Shown piece by piece: positions 1-11,648 of a DNA stretch of 64,000 nucleotides. The position numbers and the translations under genes are program-made. The stretch is taken from contig JBNZDD010013714.1 in the NCBI GenBank assembly GCA_050575255.1, positions 4,619,600-4,683,599 on the forward strand. The letters are read 5' to 3'. Source of the stretch: Harriotta raleighana (taxonomy: Eukaryota). The notes under the pieces were generated by a model. It was not told where the DNA came from and did no database searches. It worked only from the letters and a program-made list of their open reading frames with translations. Numbering within the stretch: position 1 is the first letter of the stretch; each line of letters begins with the position of its first letter.

Positions 1-9
1 AAATACAGT

Positions 10-100
10 ATTACACTTTATAGCTAATCCTGTGAAGCACTTTGAGATGCCTCATTCCTGATGCGGATGGTGCTGTATCAAATGTCAGTATTATTATTAA
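10..100 (+). mobile_element. SINE 3' tail fragment
   Basis: tgtgaagcactttgagatg...ggtgctgtatcaaatgtcagtattattatt matches the tail shared by SINE copies across the window. Confidence 0.7.
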
Positions 101-877
101 TAAGAATGGATGTGTATTACCAAGCAGATACAACAGCTATCCTTTTGGTTTTTATCAATAGAAATGTTCTCAGTCGTTGGAGCACAGTAAACAGAGCTCT
201 GCACATTTGCGACAGTGCTTTGTCCAGGACCATCAGAAAACCTGCAGTAAAGAGGGTTCTGACAGGTTAAACTCAATGAAGGACACTTCCCACTGTCTTT
301 ACTTACTTCACCTTCGCCGATGCAGTAATTTTGCACCACGTTTGTGTTTTATCTGATTTCCACCACAATATAACTCTCTGAAGATGTATTCATTATATTG
401 AGGCCTGACAGAGCCTCTGGAATTCATGAATCTTTCCCCATCCACCCACTTCTGCTTTTAATTCAGTTACAATCTTATTGAGATTCCTTCCACCTGCTTG
501 TATTTGCAAACTCCCCGACCTCCACCCCAATTAGATCCTCCTGCATTCCCTGCACTTTAAGCTCTCCTTAGTTTCTAAGTTACTCACCATCCCAATTTAC
601 TCATCCGATTTATAAATAAATGCAGCTTTAGACATAGACTGACTGCACCGTTAGATATTTTAGGTCTTTTTTAATCTTATTTTTAATCCCTTAATTTATT
701 TCCTCTGAATATCTCCTTTCATTACCCTTTGTTGCTGAATTCTTTCAATTTCAACGTAGTGGGTTCTGCTGCCTTCATCGTAGAAATCCTTGAATCTCAA
801 AATTCTCCCCCTCCTTCCCTCTATGGTACGAGCCAGTTATTGTAGATTTGTAAGATAATCCAATTTCTAGGCAAATA

Positions 878-950
878 ATATTAATAATCATTGCATTTGA
901 TACATCAGCCTTATCACATCGCTGCAGTATTAAATGGAATAGTGTGAATA
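878..950 (-). mobile_element. SINE 3' tail fragment
   Basis: aataatcattgcatttgatacatcagccttatcacatc is the reverse complement of the shared SINE tail. Confidence 0.6.
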
Positions 951-2904
951 ATATTACCTCCTCCAAACCCAATTCTTAGTCCTCATGTCCAGCTGATGAA
1001 ACAAACTTCAGTTCATGCATTCGAAAAGCCTTCAATCCACAAACAATGTTGCTGTATGCTTTATAATTGTTGATCACAATCAAATAGTGAGTTACTATCG
1101 GTTCAAGGTTAATAATAAGAGGCACATGGCTTTTAGAATGAAAAGCAAAACCTATTTTCAATTTAACATCCAGAAGAAAGTTCACCAATTTTACACACTG
1201 CACGGAAAGCTCAAAGGACCAGTCACTTTTAACTGCACAGCTGCAATGAACCTTTCCTTGGCTCTGGGGTCTTGAGGTCGTTTCTCTTTTAAGCAGAATG
1301 AAATGTTTAAAGCTGAGGCGAGTAAACATGTACTATATATCATTCAATGTTAAAATGGAAATCCCACAGAAAACATGCCAAAATAGATAGGATATTAACC
1401 ACCTTCAACCACTGCAGTGTCAGGAATTTTCTGCCCAGAGCATGAAGCAGATGTCTCCAGCTCTTTGTTAGCAGCAATGCTCTCCGTGCGACTGGCACAT
1501 CCTTCAGTGTTGTGTCCAAGAGCAGTTTAGAGCAGACACAGTAACTAATACAGTACTGGTCTTTTTTTTCCAGTGATTAGTTTTTTTGTGAAAGAGCCAG
1601 ATAGTAAGAATGAGATTTTAGATTTAGAATCAGCTGAGGATGATTCACTTTCAATCTCGAACATGTGGCTTGGCTTTTACGACAATTGATACAGTAAAGC
1701 AGAGATTATCTTGGAATGCAGTAAGGAAATTAGAAACGTTATTACACATTCATCCTCTCTGGGACCCAGTGAAATCCAAGAAAAATGCTGCTTGTCTGTC
1801 AGCCAAGACAAGCCATTGCAGCTGCATGAATCATTACAATATTAAGACATAGGATCTTCACTATTTGGAGCTTTTTTTTCACATGATATTTAACATAATC
1901 CTGAGTACTTTAATTTTTTATTTGTACAGTTATAACTATTTCTGCAGACCTGAGATTGAATATGACAGTGAAACAGAGAGAGAACAGTGCAGGTATAAGT
2001 CTCTCAGCAAAGCAGACTTCAGATTCCTTTGTCCCTGAGTTACAGAATTCACTATCCAGTTAGAGAACTGAGAATATTTGTTCCCAATGGTAGTGATATT
2101 TAAGACCTATGAGTAGTCAGAGTAGTTCATTCACTTCCTTGAGGTGCAGAGTGAGTAAGTTATTTCATCTGCAGGGAGCTGTGGACACTGATTCTAAGCT
2201 TGCTAAAATTTACTCTGTTTACTTTATTCTTTGTAGTTGGCAGATAAAAGTCCTATTCAAACAACAGCTTCAATGTGCAGGTTGGGAAGTTGGTTCATCT
2301 TTGCTTTAATTTTCTGTTTTTCATTCTGCCCGGCTTCTAACTTTTGTCTAACTGTGCTCCAAAGCTTCTACAGGAAGCATAAACCATGCAAAGTATGTAT
2401 TTCTAGTCTTAAGCTTGAGAGAATTAAATTATAAAAATATTATTATTTGTAAAGCCTCATGGCTCGAAACCCAGTTACATTTTTTCAAAGATATTATTCA
2501 ATTAAGTCACTCTTGAGCCGACCTAAGTTTTCTTTCAAACTATGGTAAGATTCTTTTATACTCTTCAACCTCTGAAATCACGGATTCTCTCTTTAAATGT
2601 GCCCACAGATCATCATTGGTCTTTTGCTTTTGACAAACAAAATCTTAAACTGAGAAACTCAGAACTGTGAAATATAACAAGTCAATTTTCCAAAATGTCT
2701 CTCATAGTTTTTCTTTGTCTCTTAGATGTGTCCCATACACCTACTATCCTTTGCTGGCTTTTAGACATTCTGTACCCATTTTGGAACGCCATCCTGGAGT
2801 CTCTCTGAATTTGTCCTCTCTTCCAAGGTATACCTCATACATACCTCTTTGACCACCCTTTTGACATCTTTAAAGTGCTGCCACAATCAATCAGTCCCAT
2901 TTCA

Positions 2905-3070
2905 CAAGATCACAAGATTGAGTTAGAGGTTGTTTGGCCTATCTAATCTCATCCTTCCAGAATACAATAATGATATAATAATCACCCTCCCATCACAGAA
3001 TCAAAGTGTTTTTTTAAACGAGTCCAGTGTTTCGGCCTCAACCATCCTTAACTAGCAACCAGTTGCAGTT
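2905..3070 (-). mobile_element. Old CR1 LINE 3' end
   Basis: acaagatcacaagat...gaggttgtttggcctatc...gcctcaacca resembles the CR1 3' UTR seen at 8836 and 60584. Confidence 0.45.
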
Positions 3071-3654
3071 ATTTCGGACATTTAATGTCCTGCTCTTTAG
3101 CATTTCCTTTGAAGAAACCTTCCAGCAGAGACAGCCTGAAATGTGTATCCCATTTCAGAACCATTAGTTGAGTAAAACTCCAACACAGGTAGCAACTAAA
3201 CCCCTCTGACGGTGGGGAATTGTATCGATTAATTCCAGAATATTTATTCTTCTTTGTTATTTATTTTTCCAATGGGCATGGATGTAGTCTATTTCATGGT
3301 GAGCCTCATAACTACATCATATAGTGGGATTCAAAATGACATAAATGAGTTTTTCATGTTAACATTATTAGAGATTTTGAGATGACTGGACAGAATTTAA
3401 TTCTGAGGCTAGAGTGTCCACAATTATCCTGTGCTTGTGAAATCCTACATCATGTTTGTTTCAAAGATAATTACTTCTTTGGGGCAATTATTGATCATAG
3501 CAGGTTGCCATGGAGGGCAATTGAGGCCAGGATTCTGGACTCCTTTAAGAAACAGCGGCCACATTTCACCCACAATAAACAGTTGGTTTTCCTGCTCTCC
3601 TTTCCCCTACCCCGACCCCTCCCCTTGCCATCTTTCCCCTCTTTCTCCCCTAAC

Positions 3655-3848
3655 CCCACTTCAATGACTGTTTGTGGGACCCTGCTGTGTGCAATTTGGC
3701 TGCTGCATTTCACCCACAAATATACAATCAATTTTCCTTCTCTTCTTCCCCCATTCCCTCCCCTCCTGCTCTGATCCCTACCTGACTGTTCAGCGCCTTG
3801 GGACATCCTCCCAACGTGAAAGGCCCTATATAACTGTAATTATTGATT
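3655..3848 (+). mobile_element. SINE 3' half with extended pyrimidine-rich, L2-like tail
   Basis: Body ctgtttgtgggaccctgctgtgtgcaatttggctgctgcatttcacccacaaa, then a C/T-rich tract, then cagcgccttgggacatcc...gtgaaaggccctatataa. Confidence 0.7.
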
Positions 3849-4340
3849 TATTGATTGATTGATGCTGTAATCAAAAGACGGAGCAATGGGTGGTCAGGAA
3901 GGATGAGACCAAATGGCTTTCTTTATCCAAATCCAAATCAACCAATAACTGGGTGAATGCCAATAGCTTAAGACTGCTTTGTTTTAACATCAGTAGACAA
4001 AGCAAGGGAGAACAGAAGCTCCATGTGCTTGTGTCCTATTGCAAATTATCAAAGTGGAGATACAATCATTGGGGAGGACAAAATCATGGTATAGAGTGGA
4101 TAGCCACGATGACCATGAGGGGCATTGAAGATATTTATGAAGCACTTGTCTCAGGTAAACTTGCTTCAGGTCAGAGATTATTGCTTCCAGTTTGGTAGCC
4201 TCTATTATCTCATTTCTCCTAAATCTTATTACCAAAGCCCTACAGGTGTCCTAGACAATGAATGTCCTTGTTTCGATGCAAATTTGATATGCCGTTCATT
4301 TAATATAACTTTTGAAAAATTGTATTAGAGGCTAGTATCA

Positions 4341-4355
4341 GGCGCCATCTAGGGG
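4341..4355 (-). promoter_or_regulatory. Candidate CTCF motif
   Basis: Minus strand reads CCCCTAGATGGCGCC, close to the CTCF core CCACYAGRKGGCRS; motif match only. Confidence 0.3.
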
Positions 4356-4929
4356 ATTGATCAGAAAAGTAATGTACTTTAAAGAAGAGCCTGTGAAACG
4401 ATCAGGTAAACCAATATTACTAAATCAGAGAACAGGCATTTGTTTCAAAGCAAATTATCAATCCAGAAATATGTTTGGTCAATGCTACACTAAGATGATT
4501 AAGCTGCTGGTAATGTTGTAAACTTGAGATCTCCATTTGATCAACCTCTCTCCTTATCTATTGACAACTTTATTGCATAGCCGTTCAGAAGGTTGGGAGG
4601 ATTTGACTAAATCTATTTAAAATTTCCATCCACGCCAATAAATCAAGGCGAAGAAGTTAGAAAAGTGATCCCAGGGCCATTCATTATTGAAAGTATGATA
4701 CAGTGTTCCCTAGGACCAAGCGTTCCCATGATTCATACAGTATAAATTTGTACTTGTCTTGAATATCAATCCACCTTTTATTTTCTACCTAAAATGCTCA
4801 TCTGCTTTAGTTCCCCAATTCCCACGAGCTCAGTATAGAAGTTTAAGGGTTTGATTAATAATCTCATCCTGAAGAGCCTCACTTCTGAAGTTGAGAGGCG
4901 ATCAGAATTGTCCTTGCTTGCTGTTATGG

Positions 4930-5252
4930 AGTGTACTCCTGTCGCTCAGTGGTTAGAGCTACTTGCCTCGCAAGCGAGAGACCTGGGTTCGGGCCCTGGC
5001 AGGGCGAAACCCTTGGGCAAATTTCCTTATTCCATACACCTGATCATAATCCCCCAAGAAAAAAATTAATAAATTAGTCACTTCAATCCACAATTGTTTG
5101 CTGTACACAATTGGCTGCCACATTTCACCCACAAATATACGGTCAATTCACTTTGCAGTAAGTGAATTTAGAATTTAGAATTCACTTTAGTCTGAAGGGC
5201 TTTGAGAAGTCTAGAAGCGCTATATCAAGTACAAGGATTATTTATTATTATT
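4930..5252 (+). mobile_element. Near full-length tRNA-derived SINE, family A (short, no Deu domain)
   Basis: Pol III A box tcgctcagtgg (4942-4952), B box ggttcgggccc (4986-4996), gggcgaaacccttgggcaaatttcctta segment, shared 3' half ending agcgctatatcaagtacaaggattattt; colinear with 45309-45621. Confidence 0.9.
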
Positions 5253-6749
5253 CATGTTGCATTAGGCACCAATAATGCCTTTGCAGATATTTGAAAATGA
5301 ATATACTGTAGTACAATGTTTGATAAAGTGCAGTCTATTTGCGTATTGAAATCTGCAACTCCTAATTTAGTAACAATATTATTGAACATGAACTCATCGC
5401 TAACCTCAAGAACCAGTACCTAGGAGTAAGATAACAGAAAGTCAACTCTTAAAATCACTGAATTAGTAGGTTTGAAAGCATGAGCAACTGGGATAAGGAA
5501 ACTTGGTTCTCTGAATTCAAAATGGCCCATCTCTGATGGTATATTGAACGCAAATGGTTAATGGTAATTAGCTATACAAATATCACTTAACAAGCAACAA
5601 GACAAGGCCATTCAATTCATCAAACACATTCCTTCAATAACCACAACTTAGAAATGGATACTTTGGAATCGAAAAGCAATAGAGGCCATAAGAATTAAAT
5701 TTAACATTTGTACAGTACATGTTTTGCTGATTATCCATCCTGCCTCTTTCATCCTTTCGGGATGCTCTTTAAGTTTTCAAAAATTACTCTTGTGATTTCT
5801 GGATTGTTTTACAATTTATTGTTAAAATATTGTGCAGTTAATCTGGTCTTAGTTTCCCTTGAACCTGTTTCTATTTTCATATCGTCCTCCTTCCCTATGC
5901 TTCTTGAAAGGAAAATGTTCAACTTGTATCATTCAGTAATTTTGGGAGGGTTTACTTATTGCAGAGGGGCAATGGTTTCTAAGAAGTAGAATAATTAGAT
6001 CCACACATGTGTGGTACATTTAACATTACTCTTTTGCAATAGATTTATCTCCTGATGACCTAAGTATAGAACCTTATTGATCTCACTTCAGTGGCCTACA
6101 TAAGCTATATTTCAAAACTGTCAAAAAATCAATTCCACATCACCTTACTAATAAATCCTAGCTTTTCACCCTCATTCTATCAGCTCCTACTGCCTTCTTC
6201 TATTAGCCAGATGCAGAATTTTCAGTCACAAAACTTTGGTGCACTTATTAAAAATGAAGGTAACATGTTATTGCTACCACTTTCTGCCAATTCCAATATT
6301 CCCAAATTAGACCTTGATTCTCAATATTTGCAGGATGCTTTCTCCCATGTTTCTGGACAATATTCCCATACATAGTATATTTCATTTAATGGGAGCCACC
6401 TCCCTCTTGCTATCCTCCACAGCCCTCAATTTGGCAGAGCTTTAAGAAATCCAATTGTACAGAGCATCGGTTGAGTACACTGGATGTTGTACCCTTGATG
6501 ACTATAAAGACTATACACTACTCCCTGCCAGTAATCATTTTGTTTGGAAATTTAAATTAGACAGACACTGTCAAACCCTGTTTACAAAGTGAGCTGGATA
6601 CACTGCGAGTTGTTATAGCCAGAAGCAAACATAAAGCAAGAAGCACCTAATGCCAAGACCAGAAGTGAAGCATGAGAGGCAATTACTTGGCAGTCAGATG
6701 TTATATCCACCATAAAAATTAGCTGATTTGACACTCCAGATTCTGAGCT

Positions 6750-6930
6750 TGTAAAGCTCGTTGCCGAGTGTGGAACTGAACACAGATCAGCAATTTGGTT
6801 ATTGGTCTGTGTTCAGTAAAGTAATCACAGTCGGGTTTAGTAGCTGTAGTATAGTAGTTGGACCTGCACTACCATCTACGCAGAGTTTAGAGTTTTCTTG
6901 GCTTCCTGTTCCTCATTTTAATTGGCAATC
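6750..6930 (+). mobile_element. AmnSINE2-like ancient SINE, 5' portion
   Basis: gtgtggaactgaacacagatcag...ggtctgtgttcagtaaagtaatcacagtcggg resembles the remembered AmnSINE2 5' region; degenerate. Confidence 0.45.
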
Positions 6931-7032
6931 TCTTTATTTCTGAATTCATTTTTTGGATGAGTAGTGTAATCAAGTAAAGAGCCCCATGATGCCATGAGTG
7001 AATTTTTAAGCTTCCTTTGAGAAACTGAGGTA

Positions 7033-7288
7033 ATAATTGTTGCATTTGATACACCATCTTTTAATTCAGGGGGGTGTCTCAAAGTCCTATGAAGTGGGGT
7101 GACTGTATTTTGTGGGAGAATGCGGCCGCCAATATGCACACAACAATGACCCACAAACAGGCATGAAATTATTCACTAATTTTCTTGGGCTATTGTTGGG
7201 TAGGACCCAGGAGGGACACCCTTTTTATTTGAAATAGTGCACTGGGATCTTGAATGACCACCAACAGGCAGACAGAACCTTGGTTTAG
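7033..7288 (-). mobile_element. Deu-domain SINE (family B), 5'-truncated
   Basis: Tail, body and aaatagtgcactgggatcttgaatgaccaccaacaggcagacagaaccttggttta (reverse complement of the Deu core). Confidence 0.8.
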
Positions 7289-7404
7289 TAATAGTAATGA
7301 TTCTTGCATTGATATAGCGCTTTTCACGCTTCTAGATGTCTCAAAGCACTTCACAGAAAAGACACTATTTCAAAATGAATTGACTGTGCATATGTGGGCA
7401 AAAC
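7289..7404 (-). mobile_element. SINE 3' fragment abutting the previous copy
   Basis: ttcttgcattgatatagcgcttttcacgcttctagatgtctcaaagcacttcacag. Confidence 0.8.
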
Positions 7405-8214
7405 AAAAATTGGTTTAACAAGATAAAGAGCTAAGTGTAGTATATTACCTAAGTTGAAATGAGAGGATGATTAGATCATTTCAAACATAATGATTTTCTG
7501 GGCCAAACATAGGCTTTGAAACTGTTGACGATAGGAAGTACAATCTCTTCAACCAGGCCTACAGTCAACTCAAGTTTTTCTCTTTTCTCCCTTCCTTGAT
7601 TGGCAGGGCATTGTAAAGTGCTCCAAGACATTGTCCTACATGAAGGGATATCCTATATGAATGGAAGTTCTTGTTGCACAAACAGTTGGTGCCCATCTGA
7701 CTTATTGGAAAAGACTGGGGAAAGTGAAGAGTTCCAGCTGACTGAGTTTGACTCTTTACGTGAACTATATTTATAAGAAATTGCTCAGAAAATTTGGGAG
7801 GTTAACTAATCTCCACATTTTTATTCAATATTACTTAAAGAGTCAATAAAGGGGTACAATGAAGAGTATTCCTCTGAAGCAAATTTTCAGTTAAAATTTA
7901 TGCCTATGTTTTCACCATTCTGAACTGTACAGTATTAGAAAATTGCACTATTACTGAAAATAACATATGTGGAACATTGTTTCCTACAATTACAGACTAA
8001 AATTAAACTGAAAGTCCATAAATATCATATTTCATTTAGCTGAAGAGAAATTCCCCTCTACAAAGATTATATTTCAAACATTTAATAAGCAAAGCATAAT
8101 TCCATATGCAAGCATGCAAACCCACACAATATTATATTGCTTAACTCTCCAAATATTTTTTGTCTGGTTTAATCTATTTATGCTTGTTTCAAGTACATTT
8201 TTTCCAATGAAAAT

Positions 8215-8572
8215 AAATGATATTCCATGCATTTGATAAAGTGTGTGATCATTTCTCAAAGTCTTCACAGGATGTATTGTAAAGTGTAGTGACTGTGTAC
8301 TTGTGGGTCCATGTACCAGCCATTTTGTGCACAGCCATGAAGTGAATGACAATTTTTATTTGGGGAATTGTTGGCCAGTACATGAGGAGAAAATCCTTTC
8401 TCTTTTTGAATAGTGCCAAGTGATCTTTACCATGAAGATGAACAAGCAGACAGGACCCCAGTTTAATATCTCATACAAAGGATGGCCCCTCTGACAATGC
8501 AGCAATACTCCCAGCAATGCATTGAAAGGTCAACATATTGAATATATGTGTTGCAAGACCCATCATTGGGCT
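8215..8572 (-). mobile_element. Deu-domain SINE (family B)
   Basis: Contains agcagacaggaccccagtttaatatctcatacaaaggatggcccctctgacaatgcagca (reverse complement of the Deu domain) plus the shared tail. Confidence 0.85.
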
Positions 8573-8581
8573 CTTTATGTG

Positions 8582-8824
8582 AAAGGTGGGGTAGGTTTCA
8601 ATGAAACTGGGGAGGAGGTGTCTAGTGGTGACAGAACAGACAAAAGGCAGCGGGTGTCTGGAGTTATGATTGTGGCAGGGGAAGGAGAGCTCTTATGGTC
8701 TGAAGTGACTGAAATCGATGTTGAGGCCAGAGGGTTGCAAGATCCGCAGCAGATAGATGAGGTGCTGTTCCTCACCACTAAACACCTCTTCTCCCCAGTT
8801 TCCTTGAAACCTACCCCCCCCTTT
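8582..8824 (-). mobile_element. Penelope-like retroelement 3' fragment with inverted terminal duplication
   Basis: Minus strand 8773-8693 translates EEQHLIYLLRILQPSGLNIDFSHFRP*, typical of the C-terminus of Penelope GIY-YIG ORFs; 8582-8631 and 8772-8824 are ~50-bp inverted repeats. Confidence 0.75.
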
Positions 8825-8835
8825 TTATTTCTATA

Positions 8836-9802
8836 CATAGAATCATAGAATGTTACGGCACAGAAGGAGGCCATTCGGCCCATCGAGTCTGTGCCGGCTC
8901 TTTGACAGAGCAATGTCACTTTTATTAACCCCAATCACCAGCTTTCTCCCCATAACCCTGCAAGCCTGTCTTCTCCAGATACCTATCCAGTTCTCTCTTA
9001 AAAGCTGCTATCGAATCGGACCTCACTACCCTTTCAGGCAGATCATTCCAAATTCAAACAACTCTGAGTGAAAACATTTCTTCTAACCTCCCCTCTGCTT
9101 CTTTTGGTAGATATCTTAAGACTGTGACCTCAGGTCACAGACACACCTACCAGCGGAAACAGCTTTTCCCTATCTAGCCTGTCGAAACCTTTCATGATCT
9201 TGAAGACCTCTATCAGGTCCCCGCATAATCTTCTTGCTCTAATGGGAAAAGTCCTAACTTCTCCAGCCTGTCCTCATAGCTAAGGTTCCCCATTCCTGGA
9301 ATCATTCTTGTGAATCGTCTCTGCATCCTTTCCAGTGCCTTAATGTCCTTCCTGTAGTAAGGTGCCCTGAACTGGACGCAGTACTCCAGCTGAGGCCTAA
9401 CTGTTTTGTACAAATTAAGCTAATAAAGCTCAATACACTAAATGCCTTTTTTACTGCCTTATCTACCTGCCCTGCTACCTTTAATGATTCACTTACTTGA
9501 ACACCCAGATCTCTCTGTACGTTCACCCCCCTTAAGATTGAGCTACCAAGACTATATGGCCTCTTATCATTTTTCCTACCTAAGTGTATGACCTCACACT
9601 TATCCACATTGAAATCCATCTGCCACATGTCAGCCCATTCCACCATTCTGTGTATGTCTGCTTGCAGTTGGTTACAGTCCTCCTCACTATTTACTACCCT
9701 ACCTAACTTTGTATCATCTGCACACTTGGAAATAGTGCTCTCTATGCCCAAGTCCAGATCATTAATATATACTAGAAAGAGCAGGGGTCCCAATACCGAT
9801 CC
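8836..9802 (-). mobile_element. CR1-clade LINE, 3' ~1 kb with a disrupted reverse transcriptase
   Basis: GSVLGPLLFLVYINDL...ISKCADDTKLG (FADD changed to CADD), WQMDFNVDKC, VRPQLEYCVQF, LERMQRRFTRMIPG; frameshifts present; 3' (ATTCTATG)2 repeat; 5' side runs into an N gap. Confidence 0.95.
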
Positions 9803-9872
9803 NNNNNNNNNNNNNNNNNNNNNNNNNNNNNNNNNNNNNNNNNNNNNNNNNNNNNNNNNNNNNNNNNNNNNN
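9803..9872. other. Assembly gap (N run)
   Basis: 70 N. Confidence 1.
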
Positions 9873-11548
9873 GTATTTTGTTTTGTCTGTGGTGATCTTG
9901 TTAATTTAGTTTGTGAGCCAGATGGATCTGTGGAACTCCAGGGCCCACCCTGATGACAGACTGTCTTATCAGCAGAATTTGGAGAAGCCAACTGGTCATT
10001 AAGAGCAGATATTCTTCCCATTTAGCTCCTGTTAACCCTACAACCTAAAGCCCAAATGCTTCTAAACTGGTCAAGGAGCTGAAAGCTTGCCGGCAAGTTT
10101 CCTTCCCAGGTGCACATTTTCTGGTCCCTAAGGCTTGACTCGTGCTCACCTGAGCCCAAAATCTCTCTGGATTAAGTAAGCAGGATGTGTTCCTTCAGTG
10201 AAAGAGTATACAATCCATTCCAGACACATAAAAATATGTCAGCTAACTGATTAACCTAAATAAATCATGTAGGTTTGGTATCCTACTCTTAGGGGTTCGA
10301 TTCTTTTCTATACTACCCATTTGACTCACCACAACACTAATGACCTGCAAAGTGTTATGGCACATCAACTGTATTAACATAACTTTCATCTTCTAGTGTT
10401 TTTATTTCTAGATACTATATATTCAACCAATTGTTGCACACACTTCTGATTTGAACCCGACATATTCTACAAACTGAAATTGTTCATTTATATCAGGAAC
10501 TCAATACTGTTAGCAGATTGAGTTTAAAATTTTGTATTCTCACATAGATATTTTGAGTTCAAGAGTGAGGGGGTCACTGGTCGATGGAACATTCAGCATT
10601 AAACCATTCAACATATTGAATTAATAACAATAAACCTTGCTTCTACATGATAAGGTGCTATATGAAATGCACGTATTTCTATTAACTGAAATACTACCTT
10701 ATTGCATGAAAATAATAATAGTGTTTCACCTAGGTTAATATTTAGCATATAAGTTACAATTAAGTTCTGACAATTTGCCTCACTTATCAAATAAAAGTCA
10801 CAAACTCTTCATCATGGATTTTATTTATCCTACTTTGATTTTTGTAGTAGTTTTGTTTAATTACCTGTGACCTTTGCTTAGGGTACAGTTAGTGTAATGT
10901 AACTTGGGATGATAAATGAGAGTATTGAGGAATTGTTTATCACACCCATAGGGAGAACAAATCTTTTGTACTGTATATAGTCCTTGCTGCATTATTGGAT
11001 GATGTGATTATTTATGCAATGAGTAGAGCTAATGCATAGCACAATTGGCATTCAATGAATGATTTATACCTGACAGTTAATGATATAACAGTGAACAGGA
11101 AAGCAATTATTTTGGTTAATATGTGCTTTTAAAATTTTACATCATGGGTCTGAGGAGTAGGTAAAAGTACAGCTCAACTCAAAAAAGGATTTGATATGGG
11201 TGATCTGAAAGTTTTTAATAACAGAATATACCAGCATCTCATGAATTAACTTTCAACTTTTTAGGTTTAAGGAACTGTGTGCAATTGTGAAATTAAATGG
11301 GATGTGATCTGAGAAAATCAGGATTCCAATTTAAGCTTTAACAATTGTGCCACCATCAGATCTAAAAATCTTTTTTTTTTAAAGTTCACAAATATATTTT
11401 ATATATTTGATGCTTAGGCCATTCCATAAGTTTTCTAATGTTTGATTAAAGGTATGATTTTCTCAATAGTGGTAGATCGGAGTATTGCTGGCAATGGTGG
11501 TATCTTTAGTTTGTGCCTGGCCAATTGTAGTAAATAAGTGATACATAT

Positions 11549-11648
11549 AATAATATAATAATTCTGCATTTGATATAGTTCGTTACCACATCTTCTAGAA
11601 GCACTTCACAGAATATACTGCAAGTGAATTGACTGTGTGTTTTGGTGG
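11549..11648 (-). mobile_element. SINE 3' fragment
   Basis: ataataattctgcatttgatatag...tctagaagcacttcacagaatatactgcaagtgaattgactgtg. Confidence 0.8.

Noticed and set aside
4196-4334. 12-bp imperfect inverted repeat (tagcctctatta/tattagaggcta) as a MITE
   Set aside because: Too short, with no second copy or clear TSD.
9302-10021. 239-aa ORF as an intact reverse transcriptase
   Set aside because: It reads through an N gap into unrelated sequence; the RT has CADD for FADD, a deletion and frameshifts.
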